Below, one piece after another: positions 51,832 to 63,039 of a stretch of 64,000 nucleotides of DNA. How positions within the stretch are numbered: position 1 is the first letter of the stretch; each line of letters begins with the position of its first letter. Both the position numbers and the translations under genes were made by a program. Origin of the DNA: an uncultured Alphaproteobacteria bacterium (GTDB taxonomy: Bacteria; Pseudomonadota; Alphaproteobacteria; Rhizobiales; Beijerinckiaceae). Under the pieces are notes generated by a model. The model made no database searches and was not told the origin of the DNA. It was given only the letters and a program-made list of their open reading frames with translations. Where the stretch lies: the NCBI GenBank assembly GCA_963808645.1, contig CAWEGU010000005.1:93442-157441 (forward strand), read 5' to 3'.

Positions 51832-52152
51832 CCTCGCGCCGGGTCCAGCCCGCGTGGCGTCAACAACCTGCTCAATCGCGAGGGTTAGATTTGGATCGAA
51901 AATGGGCCTCTCCCAAAACTTTCATTTCACACGACTCATACACAAATCGTGTAATCATATGCGATCGAAGCTGGGCGCGCAGAATGATCATCTGGGCTAG
52001 TATATTCGGAGTCTACCGCCGTTTGCTACGCTGTCCGCAAGCCGCATCACATTACAAACCAGACGAGCCAGAGACTCTCTTAATTTAAACCGGTCCTTGT
52101 GCCAAAAACTCTGACGACGGACATTTCAATTCGATGGGTAGGAGTAATCGGC

Positions 52153-52620
52153 TTACGCACCGGCGTCCGCATCGAGATTCCGTTGTGCGGCCAACCGCGG
52201 CCTTTGCGACAAATTGTCGTGGATGAGCATTCCGGCAAGCATTGTCGCGGCGAAGACGTATGACGGCATGAGTTCAAGTGCAAGGGAGGCGATCGCCGGC
52301 CCGGGGCAAAGTCCGCTCATGCCCCAGCCAATGCCGAAGATCGCGGCGCCGGCAACGAGCGGCAGGTCGATGTCTTGTTTCACCGGCAGATGAAACGTGC
52401 TGTCGAGGAGTGGACGGTGCAGCCGCCGCGAGATCAGATAGCCGGCGCGCGAAACCGCCACCGCTCCGGCGAGCACAAATGCAAGACTAGGGTCGAAATG
52501 ACCGGCACCGTCGAGAAAACCGCGCACGCGTGCTGGATCCAGCATGCCCGAAAGAGAAAGGCCGAAGCCGAACATCCCGCCAGCGGCGAGCGCCACGAAA
52601 ATTCGTGCGACAATGATCAT
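52153..52620 (-). CDS. YeeE/YedE-family sulfur-transport membrane protein
   Basis: FGFGLSLSGMLDPARVRGFLD, FGIGWGMSGLCPGP. Confidence 0.88.
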   Translation of the reverse strand: MIIVARIFVALAAGGMFGFGLSLSGMLDPARVRGFLDGAGHFDPSLAFVLAGAVAVSRAGYLISRRLHRPLLDSTFHLPVKQDIDLPLVAGAAIFGIGWGMSGLCPGPAIASLALELMPSYVFAATMLAGMLIHDNLSQRPRLAAQRNLDADAGA

Positions 52621-52627
52621 GGCGTCG

Positions 52628-53047
52628 TCAATCCCCCACGCGGTTCATCGCGGCAACGGTGATTATCCCAACGGCAAGAAATGTCGCGACCGCAATGATC
52701 GATCTTCGCGAAAGGCGCGCCAGACCGCACACGCTGTGACCGCTGGTGCAGCCAGAGCCAAACCGCGTGCCGAAGCCGACGAGAAGACCGGCAAGCGCAA
52801 GAATCCAAAGGCTGGTTGGGAAATGGACAATTGGCCAGCCGCCGAAACCGAGATGATAAATCATTGGTCCAAGAAATAGACCAAAAAGAAAGGACAGGTT
52901 TCGCAGCTGATTTTCGTTGGCAGTCCGGAAACTGCCTCCGATGATCCCGCTCACCCCGGCGATGCGGCCATCCAACAGCAAAAACAGAACGCTGGCGAGA
53001 CCAATCAGCGCGCCGCCAATCAGGGAATCCAGATAAGTCAGTGGCAT
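52628..53047 (-). CDS. YeeE/YedE-family sulfur-transport membrane protein
   Basis: GRIAGVSGI, GFGTRFGSGCTSGHSVCGLARLSRRS. Confidence 0.9.
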   Translation of the reverse strand: MPLTYLDSLIGGALIGLASVLFLLLDGRIAGVSGIIGGSFRTANENQLRNLSFLFGLFLGPMIYHLGFGGWPIVHFPTSLWILALAGLLVGFGTRFGSGCTSGHSVCGLARLSRRSIIAVATFLAVGIITVAAMNRVGD

Positions 53048-53302
53048 AACGCCGCCTTTGACGAGATTGAGGAGTTGCGGGATACACGCTCGTTTCGAAT
53101 CTATAGGCCAACTTGTGAATTTGCAACATCGAGGCGAGACCCATGCCCCAGCCCATTCCCTCCATATTGGGTGTCCTTAGGACACTACCCCCATATTGCT
53201 CATCATTAACGAAATCCCTTACAATCGGTCAAAATTCTAGCGTCATGTCGGCAGCGAGCGCAACCAAGGCAAGCTCACCCAAAGCGCCAGGACCTCGCAA
53301 TT

Positions 53303-54225
53303 GTTTTGAGAACCTCTTTTAGCTGGGCTATTCCTCGCCTGGCGCCGTCGAGATGTGCTCTCCGCTCAGGCGCCACCAAAACGTCATGCCAATCCCGATA
53401 AGAGCTACGACCCCCAAGACCAAGAACAGAGCAGATTCTGCGAGCCATGCGACGCCGGCACGAAAAGTGCCATGACGATGCCGAGTGCGCAGATGTGCCA
53501 GGATACATGAACGCCCGCGACAAAAGTGCCGAGCGCCAGCAGCATCAGAAGCGTTAGCCCGGTCGCCGGCGCAGTAAGCATTCTTTGAACATCGGGCAAA
53601 AGCACTATGTTCATCGCAATCAAGAAAGCCAGCCAATGGAGGCTTGCGTCCAAACCATCCGAAATCGAGCTTTGGGGTCGTGAATATGAAGCCATCCCGT
53701 GGTTACGCAGACAAGCCCGGTCGCCACAGCAAGAAACTCCCAAAAGCCGATGAGAGGCTGGTGCGACACGCTGGTATAGGCCACGCCCAATATTGTGAGC
53801 ACCAGCACCACGATATAAGGCAATTCCCTAAGCCAGAACCTTGCTACCCGCGAATGGGCCAAGTAACCCGCCGCATTTTGCGACTTTTCCAGTTCGCTCA
53901 TGGCGATGTTCCGATCATACTTCGTCTTCTACGGGATCCGGCAAGCATCGACATCCACCCGATGACCAGATTTCGAAACTGAGATTGCCGCTTTGGACGA
54001 GCATTGGCAAGGCCGAACGATCGCCGTGATGCTCCGGCACACCAAAGGACGGTGACCCAGATCGGCAGCCGATCGGTCGGCGAGAAGACCGAGACCGAAT
54101 CGCTACCGGCGATGGTCCCTCGAAGCGGGTCTAAGGGTCGGAGTATCCAGGTGCAGAAGGTCACGCTTTGCGGGAGCTGCGCGGGCGCGACTATGACGGC
54201 GCCCACGACAGTGTGCATCGGTTCG
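53303..54225. repeat. About 0.92-kb direct duplication, copy 2 (membrane gene frameshifted)
   Basis: 1-bp deletions vs copy 1 (GATCGCC to GACGCC; GGAGGGC to GGAGGC) plus substitutions near the gene 3' end. Confidence 0.92.
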
Positions 54226-54316
54226 TCAGCAGCGATTGCGATAAATCCTCCGTTGGCATCTAACCACTGGCGGCATATTCTGGAATGAAATGATGAAAGG
54301 ATCGGAGCGAAGTGTC

Positions 54317-54760
54317 ATGTACAAGCACATTCTCATCCCTACCGATGGCTCAGAGTTGTCCATGAAGGCCGTCGAGCATGGTGTCCTTTTGGCAAGGGCG
54401 CTGAAGGCCAGAGTCACAAGCATAACAGTCATATCGCTATCCACACTCTACGAAATTGAACCGGCTAGTTTTATGGAACTGCCGGAAGAATGGGGATATA
54501 AGAAGCTAACGGAAAGATTTGCGAACAAATGCCTCGACCAAGTGAAGACAGCGGCATTGGCGAAGGACGTGAGCTGCGACGTGATGTATGTGGAGCACGA
54601 GCTTCCGTATCAGGCGATCATTGATGCCGCGAACAACCAACACTGCGACCTGATCGTCATGGCCTCGCACGGCCGGCACGGGATCTCCGCTATTGTGCTC
54701 GGCAGCGTGACTGTCAAGGTCCTCACCCACAGCACGATCCCCGTCCTCGTCTATCGTTAG
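54317..54760 (+). CDS. Universal stress protein
   Basis: MYKHILIPTDGSELS...CDLIVMASHGR...LGSVTVKVLTHSTIPVLV. Confidence 0.92.
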   Translation: MYKHILIPTDGSELSMKAVEHGVLLARALKARVTSITVISLSTLYEIEPASFMELPEEWGYKKLTERFANKCLDQVKTAALAKDVSCDVMYVEHELPYQAIIDAANNQHCDLIVMASHGRHGISAIVLGSVTVKVLTHSTIPVLVYR

Positions 54761-54812
54761 AGGCAACGTCGACCAGCGTGTTGCGCGGATGTTGACATCG
54801 GGGCTGGTGATC

Positions 54813-54975
54813 GTCCAGCTTTTCGCTCAATCTTCGGTGACACGAGGGGTCAGGCGGCAGCAGTTTGAGCTTGCGGCTGACAACCTCGATTCCGTCAGTG
54901 AACTTTAAACCGAGGATAACTTTCGGCGACTGGTTTTGGCCGTCGAGGCGACGCCAGCTTTGCCAAGCGCACAAC
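54813..54975 (-). mobile_element. IS256-family transposase C-terminal remnant
   Basis: SWRRLDGQNQSPKVILGLKFTDGIEV, then PQAQTAAA* in a shifted frame. Confidence 0.75.
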
Positions 54976-55029
54976 CCTCGAAATCGAGCTGCAACGTCGC
55001 TGTGTCAGGCATAGCGCTTTCGCGAAATT

Positions 55030-55043
55030 TTGCTATTATTCAA
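55030..55043. promoter_or_regulatory. FixK/FNR-type box upstream of DUF1476
   Basis: TTGC-TATTAT-TCAA, centred about 52 bp before the ATG at 55089. Confidence 0.5.
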
Positions 55044-55088
55044 AGTTGCTGCTTAAACGCGTACACGCAACAGTGCCATGGGGGTATC

Positions 55089-55442
55089 ATGACGACCTTC
55101 GACGAGCGGGAGCATGCTTTCGAAGCGAAACTCGCCCATGACGAAGAACTGAAATTCAAGGCGAGGGCGCGGCGCGACAAAAGGCTCGGACTTTGGGCCG
55201 CTGGAAAACTCGGCAAGACCGGCGCGGCGGCGGAAGGTTACGCAAGCCGCCTCGTCGCTACCGAAATCGAGAAAGACAGCGCGAGCCAGATTTTTAAAAC
55301 CATACGCGCCGACTTTGACCGCGCCGGAGTGGATATACCGGACCATGAGATACGCAGGAAGATGGATGAACTTCTCGTCGCGGCAGTCGAGGAAGTCATG
55401 AAAGTGGTCGCTCTGGAAAAGGCCCATCGCGGCGAGGCCTAA
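55089..55442 (+). CDS. DUF1476 family protein
   Basis: MTTFDEREHAFEAKLAHDEELKFKARARRDKRLGLWAAGKLG. Confidence 0.88.
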   Translation: MTTFDEREHAFEAKLAHDEELKFKARARRDKRLGLWAAGKLGKTGAAAEGYASRLVATEIEKDSASQIFKTIRADFDRAGVDIPDHEIRRKMDELLVAAVEEVMKVVALEKAHRGEA

Positions 55443-55736
55443 GCAGGGAGTCGCTGCCTGTCTCGCGGTTTCGTTTGTAAGTTGAATTTTGCCGTGGCGT
55501 CTTTCGTCAGGCGCGCCGCGGTGTACAGGGCGGTTCGGCGATGGGCGCGTGCGCCGCGTCGCCCCGGCGGAGATGGCCGGGATTTCGGAATGGCTGTGAA
55601 GCTGACGTCGCAATCGAGGCGCTTGGAACACAGGGACTTTCGAGGCGGCATTGCGAGTGCTCAGGCCGGGTGGCACGCTTTTCAAGCCTCGGCGTTTATT
55701 CGAGCGACCTTCGGATACCGCTCGATGCCTTTGCCG

Positions 55737-55942
55737 CGGGCCTTGGGGAACACATGATCGTCACAACGCTGTGCCCGGGCGGGAAAGAACGGATGCGCCG
55801 CCTTATGGAGGTCATTGCGTCTAACCGGGTCGACCTGACGCCCCTTGTCACCCACCGCGTGAAGCTCGACGATATCGAGAAAGCCTACGATCTTTTCTCC
55901 CATCAACGAGACAGCGGGTTGAAGGCTGCCATCACTCCTTGA
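55737..55942 (+). pseudogene. Zn-dependent alcohol dehydrogenase C-terminal remnant
   Basis: IVTTLCPGGKERMRRLM...LVTHRVKLDDIEKAYDLF. Confidence 0.8.
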
Positions 55943-56222
55943 CCTGGGGTGAACAGCGAAGAATGCGAATGGCCAAGATCGAGGGGGGGTTGTCGACGCT
56001 TTCCAGTATCACGCGTGCGCTGGTGAACTTGACGAATCGCTGTGTTGCCGTCGAGTGGAACTAGGGCGCGCGCCGATGTCACCGGCTTGGGTGCTAGGAG
56101 CTCCCGTGTCGAGGACTTGGCATTGCGAAAATCCGTCGAAAGCCGGAATCTCAGCGTCAAGAAGGCCGCCGTCCGGTGGATGTTGGTTATGTATTCGTGC
56201 CAAACAAAACTGGGAAACGGCG

Positions 56223-57966
56223 ATGGACGATGAGGTGGCGAACGCAGGAAAGACGTCTCGTGCGAACTTCCCGTGGCTCGCCGCCTATCCGGCCGGCGTT
56301 CCGGCACGGATCGAGACGTTGCCTTACGGTTTGCTCGGCGAGTTAGCGCCGGACCTGGCGGTGCGGAAGCCGGCGGTCCGGGCATTTACCACCATCATGC
56401 CGAACGGCATGGCGGCAAGCCTTACCTTTGCGGAAGTCGATCGCTATTCGGACGCCTTCGCCGCCTATTTGCGCGAAACGCTGCACCTCGAGCCAGGAGC
56501 CAGGGTCGCGATCCAGATTCCCAATGGGCTCGCCTATCCGGTCGTCGCATTCGGCATTTTCAAGGCGGGGTGCGTGCTCGTCAATGTCAATCCGCTCTAT
56601 ACGCCGCATGAAATGGCGCACGTCTTGGCGGACGCCGAACCGTCCGCGATCGTTGCGATCGACATATTCGCGGAAAAGCTCGCGGCGGCGATGGAACAGG
56701 TTCCGGTGCCGCATATCATTCTGACCGAGGCTGCGAGCCTTTTTCCAATCGCGTCGCGGCGTCTCATCGGTTTCGTGCAAAAATACGTCAAGAAGCAGAA
56801 TTCCGCGGCCGCGCTTCAGACATGCGAGCCTGTCGAAAGCGCTTGCGTTGGGCGCGGCCAGCATTGGCGCCGGACTCAATGTTAGAGATTATATGAGGGG
56901 CTTGGAGCCGTCAGCCAACGCGTGCCTGCAATATACGGGCGGCACCACGGGGGTGAGCAAGGGGGCGATGTTGACCCACCGCAATCTGCTCATGAACGTG
57001 GCGCAATTCCTTAGTTTCAGCGGCGACAACATGCGGGAAAGCGATCATGTGCTGACCGCGCTTCCGCTCTACCATGTCTTTGCGTTCACCGTGAACTTCC
57101 TCGGCTTTGTCATACGTGGCGCGCACAATATTCTGATCCCGAGCCCACGCCCGCTGACCAATCTCCGCAAAGCCTTCGAGAAGGAACCAATCTCCTTCAT
57201 AACGGGGGTGAACACCTTGTTCAACGGCCTGTTGAACCAGCCTTGGTTTTGCGCGAGTCCGCCAAAGAGCCTGCGGTTATCGCTTGCCGGCGGGATGGCT
57301 TTGCAGGAGGCGGTGGCCCTGCGCTGGCGGAAGATCACTGGAACCGAGGTGGTCGAAGGCTACGGCCTCACCGAATCCTCGCCGGTCCTCACCTGCAATC
57401 CGGTGGGACGCGCGAAGCCCGGCTCCATCGGCGTGCCGCTTCCCTCGACCGAAATGAAATGTGTCGACGACCAGGGAAACGAGGTCGCGACCGGCGAGGC
57501 CGGCGAAATTATCGCGCGCGGGCCACAGATCATGCCCGGTTACTGGCGCCAGCCCGGCGAAACCAGAAATGTCTTGCGTGATGGCTGGCTGTTCACCGGC
57601 GATATCGGGAAAATGGATGCCGAGGGCTATTTCACCATTGTGGACCGGCGCAAGGACATGATCCTCGTCTCCGGCTTCAATGTCTATCCCAATGAGGTGG
57701 AAGCGGTGCTCGCCGGGCTTGCGGGCGTGAAGGATTGCGCCGTAATCGGTGTGCCGGACGCGGCCAGCGGGGAAGCCATCAAGGCTTTTATCGTGCGCGG
57801 TGATCCGGCGCTTGACGCCAAGACGGTGCGCGATTTCTGCAGATGCGAACTCGCCAGCTACAAAGTGCCGAGATTGGTCGAGTTCCGCGAGGATTTGCCG
57901 AAGTCGAACATCGGCAAGGTCCTGCGCAAGGATTTGCGCAAAAAAGCCGCTCCCGAACGCCCGTGA
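56223..57966 (+). pseudogene. fadD: Long-chain fatty-acid-CoA ligase, split near 56820-56880
   Basis: NVNPLYT, LQYTGGTTGVSKGAMLTH, EGYGLTE, GWLFTGDIG, DRRKDMILVSGFNVYPNE, GKVLRK in two overlapping ORFs. Confidence 0.85.
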
Positions 57967-58335
57967 AGGGAAGATCGGAGCAGCGCGGCGATCCGGCCGG
58001 CTTGTGTGCCGGGAGCCTGACCCTGCTCAAAAACCTATCCGTTCTGGGAATCGGGTTGCCGATGAAGATCGCGACTGACGGGTTTTAATAGGTCTTCCGC
58101 GGAAGGAAGCACGGTCTGCCCGTTGCTTGAACTCTTCATGCAGTCGCTCGATCGAGGATCGATTTCCATTGGCTTATCGGAAAGCGCGTGAAAGTGAAGA
58201 GTTGTTGGTGCATTAGAAGGGCCAGCAACTGCCTCGAAGATTTTTTTGCCAAACCCCCTTCTCGCGAGGAGCGCGCGCACGATCTGGCGACGGGATCGAA
58301 CCCCAACACTGGCTGTTCAAAGCAATCTGGTTGCA

Positions 58336-58422
58336 AACGTGCTGCCTGCAACAGTGGTCTATGACCTGCACGCGAAGGTTCAGGCGCTGAATGCCGCGTT
58401 GCCGGTTGGATATACGATTGTG
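58336..58422 (+). pseudogene. Possible RND permease fragment
   Basis: NVLPATVVYDLHAKVQALNAALPVGYTIV resembles an AcrB periplasmic segment. Confidence 0.3.
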
Positions 58423-58456
58423 CCCGGCCGGCGACCGCAACGACGGAAGACGTCGA

Positions 58457-59734
58457 CTAGGTTAACAGGAATCCGAACCATACCGCCGTGCCGGAGAGCA
58501 GGACGAGTGTGCCAACAACCGGCAAACCCCTGCGTTGGCCGGTGAAACCGACGGTGTAGGCTGCCTTCAAGAGATTGTTTGAGGCGGTCGCAGTGAGCAC
58601 CGCGACCGCGGCGTCCGCTCCCGTGAGCGACGAGGCCTCGCCTTGGGCTATGCTAAGCACGAAGGGATCGATATCGGTCACCCCAACAATGGCAGCGATG
58701 GCGTAGAGGCCAGTGGCGCCGAAATGGTTCGCTGCCCAGGTAGACGCGATGGAGATCGCAACGAACAGAACCGCGAACAGAACTGCGGCCGAGAGCTCGA
58801 GTGGGTTGCTCGGTACTACGCACCTCGATGTCTGCGCCGCAGGACGTCCAGCATACCAGTCATGCAGGCCCGCGAGCGCGAACCCTAGAAGCGATAGCGC
58901 AAGCAAGCTTGGAGTTAGTCTCGCGGCGAGGCTCCAGTTGAAAACGGCGATTATCGCCAGGATGCGCAGATACATCACTGCGGTCGCTAACGCGATACCG
59001 ACTTGCGCGCGGGCCAATGGAATCTCACCGGTGCTGGCACGGCGTGCTAGCACCACGGTGGTCGCTGTGGACGAATAGAGACCGCCGAGGATTGCGGTCA
59101 CGAATGCACTTCGGTTCGACGCCCAATAGCGCTGCAGCAGGTAGCTCCCGTAGGACAGCGTGCACACCGCTACCAACGCGAGCCACGCCTGATAGGGCGT
59201 GACTCTCGTCAGCGGGGTGATCGGCTCGTTCGGCAGCAGCGGAAGGATAATACCGGTTAGGATGAGAAACTTGCCGGCGGTGACGACCTCTGGAAGCTCC
59301 AGCTCGCGCGCCATTGTGTGGAGCCGCTCGCGGCCTGTCAGGAGCAGCACTGCTGTCACGGTCAGGCCGACCGCAACCCAGTGCGGCTGAGTGAGTGCGA
59401 TTGGACCAAGCAAATAAGCGAGCAGATTGCAGACGGGAACGGTGAGCCCGACATTCGGCACACCCTCTGCGTCGCGCTCTGCCACGGCGCTGCGGTAATA
59501 GGCATAGAGCCACGCACCCAGCACGAGCACCCCTACAGAGACGGGGATGAGATGGGTCGCATCGAGCAGGTAGAGCATGGCGCCAGCCAAGGCGAGCAGC
59601 GGAAAGGTACGCACGCCTCCTGGCTGGGTCCGGCCCTGGTACGGTTCGAACTCCTCGAAGGCGAGTCCGAAGAACAGCGACAGACCCAGAAGAAGCGCGA
59701 GATCGGGATTAATCGGGCGTGGATCCAGCGACAC
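58457..59734 (-). CDS. MgtC/SapB + DUF4010 membrane protein
   Basis: [43 protein letters not shown]. Confidence 0.85.
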   Translation of the reverse strand: MSLDPRPINPDLALLLGLSLFFGLAFEEFEPYQGRTQPGGVRTFPLLALAGAMLYLLDATHLIPVSVGVLVLGAWLYAYYRSAVAERDAEGVPNVGLTVPVCNLLAYLLGPIALTQPHWVAVGLTVTAVLLLTGRERLHTMARELELPEVVTAGKFLILTGIILPLLPNEPITPLTRVTPYQAWLALVAVCTLSYGSYLLQRYWASNRSAFVTAILGGLYSSTATTVVLARRASTGEIPLARAQVGIALATAVMYLRILAIIAVFNWSLAARLTPSLLALSLLGFALAGLHDWYAGRPAAQTSRCVVPSNPLELSAAVLFAVLFVAISIASTWAANHFGATGLYAIAAIVGVTDIDPFVLSIAQGEASSLTGADAAVAVLTATASNNLLKAAYTVGFTGQRRGLPVVGTLVLLSGTAVWFGFLLT

Positions 59735-59802
59735 ATCCTTGCCTAGCCGGTCTGCGAGGATCCGAAACGCGACGATCCGGCCGGCTTGTGCGCCGGGAGT
59801 CT

Positions 59803-60175
59803 ACCGCGGTAAATAGACTAGCCACATACCGGGTGATCACCGGATCGTTCGGCTTGGTGCGGCGATCCTTTCGCGCGTAGCAGAGGTAAGGCACCACGGC
59901 GGTGACGCGCGCTGCCCCGGCGTCCTTGAGCGCGCCGATGAAAAACAAGAGCCGGCAGAGCTTGTCGTTGGCGCTTTCCGAAGGGCCGGCATGGAGGCTC
60001 TGCACGACATAAACATCCATCCCGCCGACGGTCTCGAGCGGCCGCGTTTTGTGCTCGCCATCCTCGAATTGGCGTTCCTCATGCGCCGCAAGCGGCGGGC
60101 CGAGAGCCGATGCGATCGCTTCTCCCAGCTCCGTAGTTGCGCGCAGCGCGAACAGCCGTAGACGCGCACTCTCCG
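59803..60175 (-). pseudogene. prs: Ribose-phosphate pyrophosphokinase N-terminal remnant
   Basis: [42 protein letters not shown]. Confidence 0.85.
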
Positions 60176-60254
60176 GAAGGCCTCATCGCCTCGTTGCCGG
60201 CGACCACAGCGGGTGTTCTTGCCGCATCGCTTTGTCCCCCGGCCCAAGCGCGAA

Positions 60255-60590
60255 TCATAGATGGCCCATTTCAAAATCATCGCAGGACCGGTCAAACAGC
60301 GACAGAGCCTCCTCGAGGTGATCGGCGAGGAGCGGCATGCCAAGCAGATATGCGGCCGTACGCTTATTATGAGCCCGCGCGGCTTCCGCACGCAATTCGT
60401 CCCAATCGTCGACCGTGCCGTCGCCGCGCCCAAGCCATGCCAGCGCGACGAGATCGATTTGTTCGTCCACGTTCAAGGCTGCGATAAAGCCACGGATCTC
60501 GTCGGCCACACGATCTTCCCGGTGATCCTCCAAGACCGACACCATGCTATCATCCGTCGCGTTGGACGCATCATCTGGGTTCAACTGGCC
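60255..60590 (-). pseudogene. DUF3775 family protein lacking its N-terminus
   Basis: SNATDD...DEQIDLVALAWLGRGD...AYLLGMPLLADHLEEAL. Confidence 0.75.
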
Positions 60591-62892
60591 GGACCTCGCC
60601 ACCCCAATTTGCAACAGCGGTCTCGTAAATGTCCTCCTCTTGGGCATTGTGAATGCGCACGAGGCATTCGATGGATTCGATGATCCGCTGCGCGTCCCTG
60701 ATCATATAGCGGTCAAACTCGTCTGGGCGCAGGCCATCCGACAGGCGCGCCAAGAGCCTCGCCAGATGACGAATCTCGCGATGTGCGCGGCTCATCGCGA
60801 AAAGGCCATTGCTGTCGGAGAGGAAACTCGATAGCCGAGGATAAACGGAGTTCTCGTCCTCGCGTTCGTGCTCGACGATCACCTTGCCGACGATGCGATT
60901 GGCTTCGACAATATATTCCATAGCCGTCCCCGCCGCGGCATCGTCCAGTGCGTCCGCGATCTGGCGCAAGCGGTCAAGGCTCGCTTCGAGTCTTTGATGA
61001 TCCCGGTGCAGATTCCGTGCTGCCGCCGCTGGCATCGAGTGCCGGTGGGGCGCCCGGCCTGGGCTCAGCGCCCGAAGCGCATTGAGGATCACCGCGACAT
61101 CTATAGCCTCTTGTGTGAGCGCTCCCGCGACCGGGGTCAGCCATCCGAACGCAGCGGCCCCCATGGCCGTCCCGGAAAGGGCCATTCCGACAACGATGCT
61201 TTGCAAGGCGATGAGTCGCGTGCGCCGCGCTATGGCGATCGCATCCGAAACGCGATCGAGTTGATCGACAAGGATGACGACGTCGGCCGCCTCGGACGAC
61301 GCGCTTGCGCCGCGAGCGCCCATGGCGATGCCGATGTCAGCTGCCGCCAAGGCCGGAGCGTCATTAATGCCATCGCCGACCATCACAGTCGGGTTAAGGC
61401 GCTGCTCCATTGCGACGGCCTCGACCTTGTCGGATGGAACACGATCAGAGAGCACGGCGTCGAGGTCGAGCGCGGCGCCGATCGTCGCGGCCGCGTCGGC
61501 CCGGTCGCCTGTCACCATGACGATTCGCGACACGCCTGCGCCGCGAAGCGCTCGGACAGCCCGAGGCGCCTCACGGCGCAGTTCGTCCGCAAGCAGCAAA
61601 GCGCCGATCGCGCGCCCGTCCACTGAAACGAAAACGCTGAGGGCGGAGCGCCAGGAGGCCCGCCGTAGCGCTCTGCCCGCCCACTCTTCTGGCCGCCCTC
61701 CGCCATAGACAAGCTGATGCGAACCGACGCAAACCTTTCGCCCGTCGACGACGCCCTCGAGCCCGGACCCCATGGTCTCGCGCACCTTCGCCGGAATCTG
61801 CAAAGAGAGGCCCTTATCCAGCGCAGCGGAGACAATGGCCGCCGCCACGACGTGCTGCGAAGCTTGCTCGAGGGAGGCCGCCAGCCTCAGCGCTTCATCG
61901 GGGTCTTCGCCGGGAGCGGTCTCGACGGCAACCAGCCGGGCTCCACCAACGGTTAGAGTGCCCGTCTTGTCGAACATCACCGTGTGCGCGCGGGCGAGCG
62001 TCTCGAGAGGTCTCCCGCCTTTGATCAAGATGCCGCGGCGGGCGGCCTGGGCGGCGCCGGAAATAAAGGCCACGGGCGCAGCCAGGATCAAAGGACATGG
62101 CGTCGCCGCGACAAATACAGCGAGCCCTCGAATGGGATCGTGCGAAAATGCCCAAGCGGCGCCAGCCACGACAAGCGTCACAGGCAGGAGAAGCAGCGCA
62201 TAGCGATCCACCATTCGAATGAACGGAGCCTTGGCTGTTTGCGCCGCCGTGACCATTTTGATGATGCCAGCGCAGGTGCTTTCGCCCGCCGTCGCCGACG
62301 CCTGCATCTCAAATGTCTCTCCCCCATTAATCGTGCCGCTCCGCACTGCTTCGCCTGCCCGCCGCGTGACCGGGATGGGCTCTCCCGTCACGGCCGATTC
62401 GTCGAGCGACGCGCTCGGACTGGTGATCTGTCCATCGACAGGAATCACCTCGCCAGCGCACACCAGAAGCGCATCTCCGATCGAAACCTGGCCGATCGGC
62501 ACATCTTCGAAAGATTCTTCTATTCTCCGGTGCGCCACGCGCGGCGCGCGGTCAACAAGAGATTTCAAGTCCCGCTCGGCGCGCCCGACTGCAAAATCCT
62601 CCAGCACATTCCCACCGGCATACATGATGGCGACGACCACTCCGGCGAGTGTCTGGCCGAGCGCCAGTGCGGCTGCCATCGATACGAACGCAACCGCATC
62701 GACGCCCATTCTTCCCGCCAGAACATCGCGAACGATTGCGATCGCAAGACCTGCGACCACAGGAATTGTGCCCGCCGCCCAGATCCACCGCGCAAGCCCA
62801 TTATGTCCCGCGAAAGCGGCCGCGAGCCCGATGGAGAGCCCCGCCAACGCGATCATTATCAGGGCGCGGCGTGTGGTCTGCTCGTTGATCAT
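60571..62892 (-). CDS. P1B-5-type heavy-metal ATPase with C-terminal hemerythrin domain
   Basis: TGEP, ATPCP, DKTGT, GDGINDAP, QEAIDVAVILNALR; tail LHRDHQRL...EHEREDE...HREI...HNAQEE. Confidence 0.88.
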   Translation of the reverse strand: MINEQTTRRALIMIALAGLSIGLAAAFAGHNGLARWIWAAGTIPVVAGLAIAIVRDVLAGRMGVDAVAFVSMAAALALGQTLAGVVVAIMYAGGNVLEDFAVGRAERDLKSLVDRAPRVAHRRIEESFEDVPIGQVSIGDALLVCAGEVIPVDGQITSPSASLDESAVTGEPIPVTRRAGEAVRSGTINGGETFEMQASATAGESTCAGIIKMVTAAQTAKAPFIRMVDRYALLLLPVTLVVAGAAWAFSHDPIRGLAVFVAATPCPLILAAPVAFISGAAQAARRGILIKGGRPLETLARAHTVMFDKTGTLTVGGARLVAVETAPGEDPDEALRLAASLEQASQHVVAAAIVSAALDKGLSLQIPAKVRETMGSGLEGVVDGRKVCVGSHQLVYGGGRPEEWAGRALRRASWRSALSVFVSVDGRAIGALLLADELRREAPRAVRALRGAGVSRIVMVTGDRADAAATIGAALDLDAVLSDRVPSDKVEAVAMEQRLNPTVMVGDGINDAPALAAADIGIAMGARGASASSEAADVVILVDQLDRVSDAIAIARRTRLIALQSIVVGMALSGTAMGAAAFGWLTPVAGALTQEAIDVAVILNALRALSPGRAPHRHSMPAAAARNLHRDHQRLEASLDRLRQIADALDDAAAGTAMEYIVEANRIVGKVIVEHEREDENSVYPRLSSFLSDSNGLFAMSRAHREIRHLARLLARLSDGLRPDEFDRYMIRDAQRIIESIECLVRIHNAQEEDIYETAVANWGGEVRPVEPR

Positions 62893-63039
62893 CGCTGCCA
62901 CTCTTTGATAGACGCTCAAAATTATAAAGGTTCAACATTCGGCGCCGGAAATTCGTTTAGCTGCGGGCGTCATCCGCGTCGCGGCCAGCCTCAGCTGTTG
63001 TGGCTATCTCCGTTAGTCAAGGCAAAACTTCGCAAAGGG

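Noticed and set aside
62905-62919. FixK box before the P1B ATPase
   Set aside because: TTGA-N7-TCAA is one base too long and only 13 bp from the ATG.
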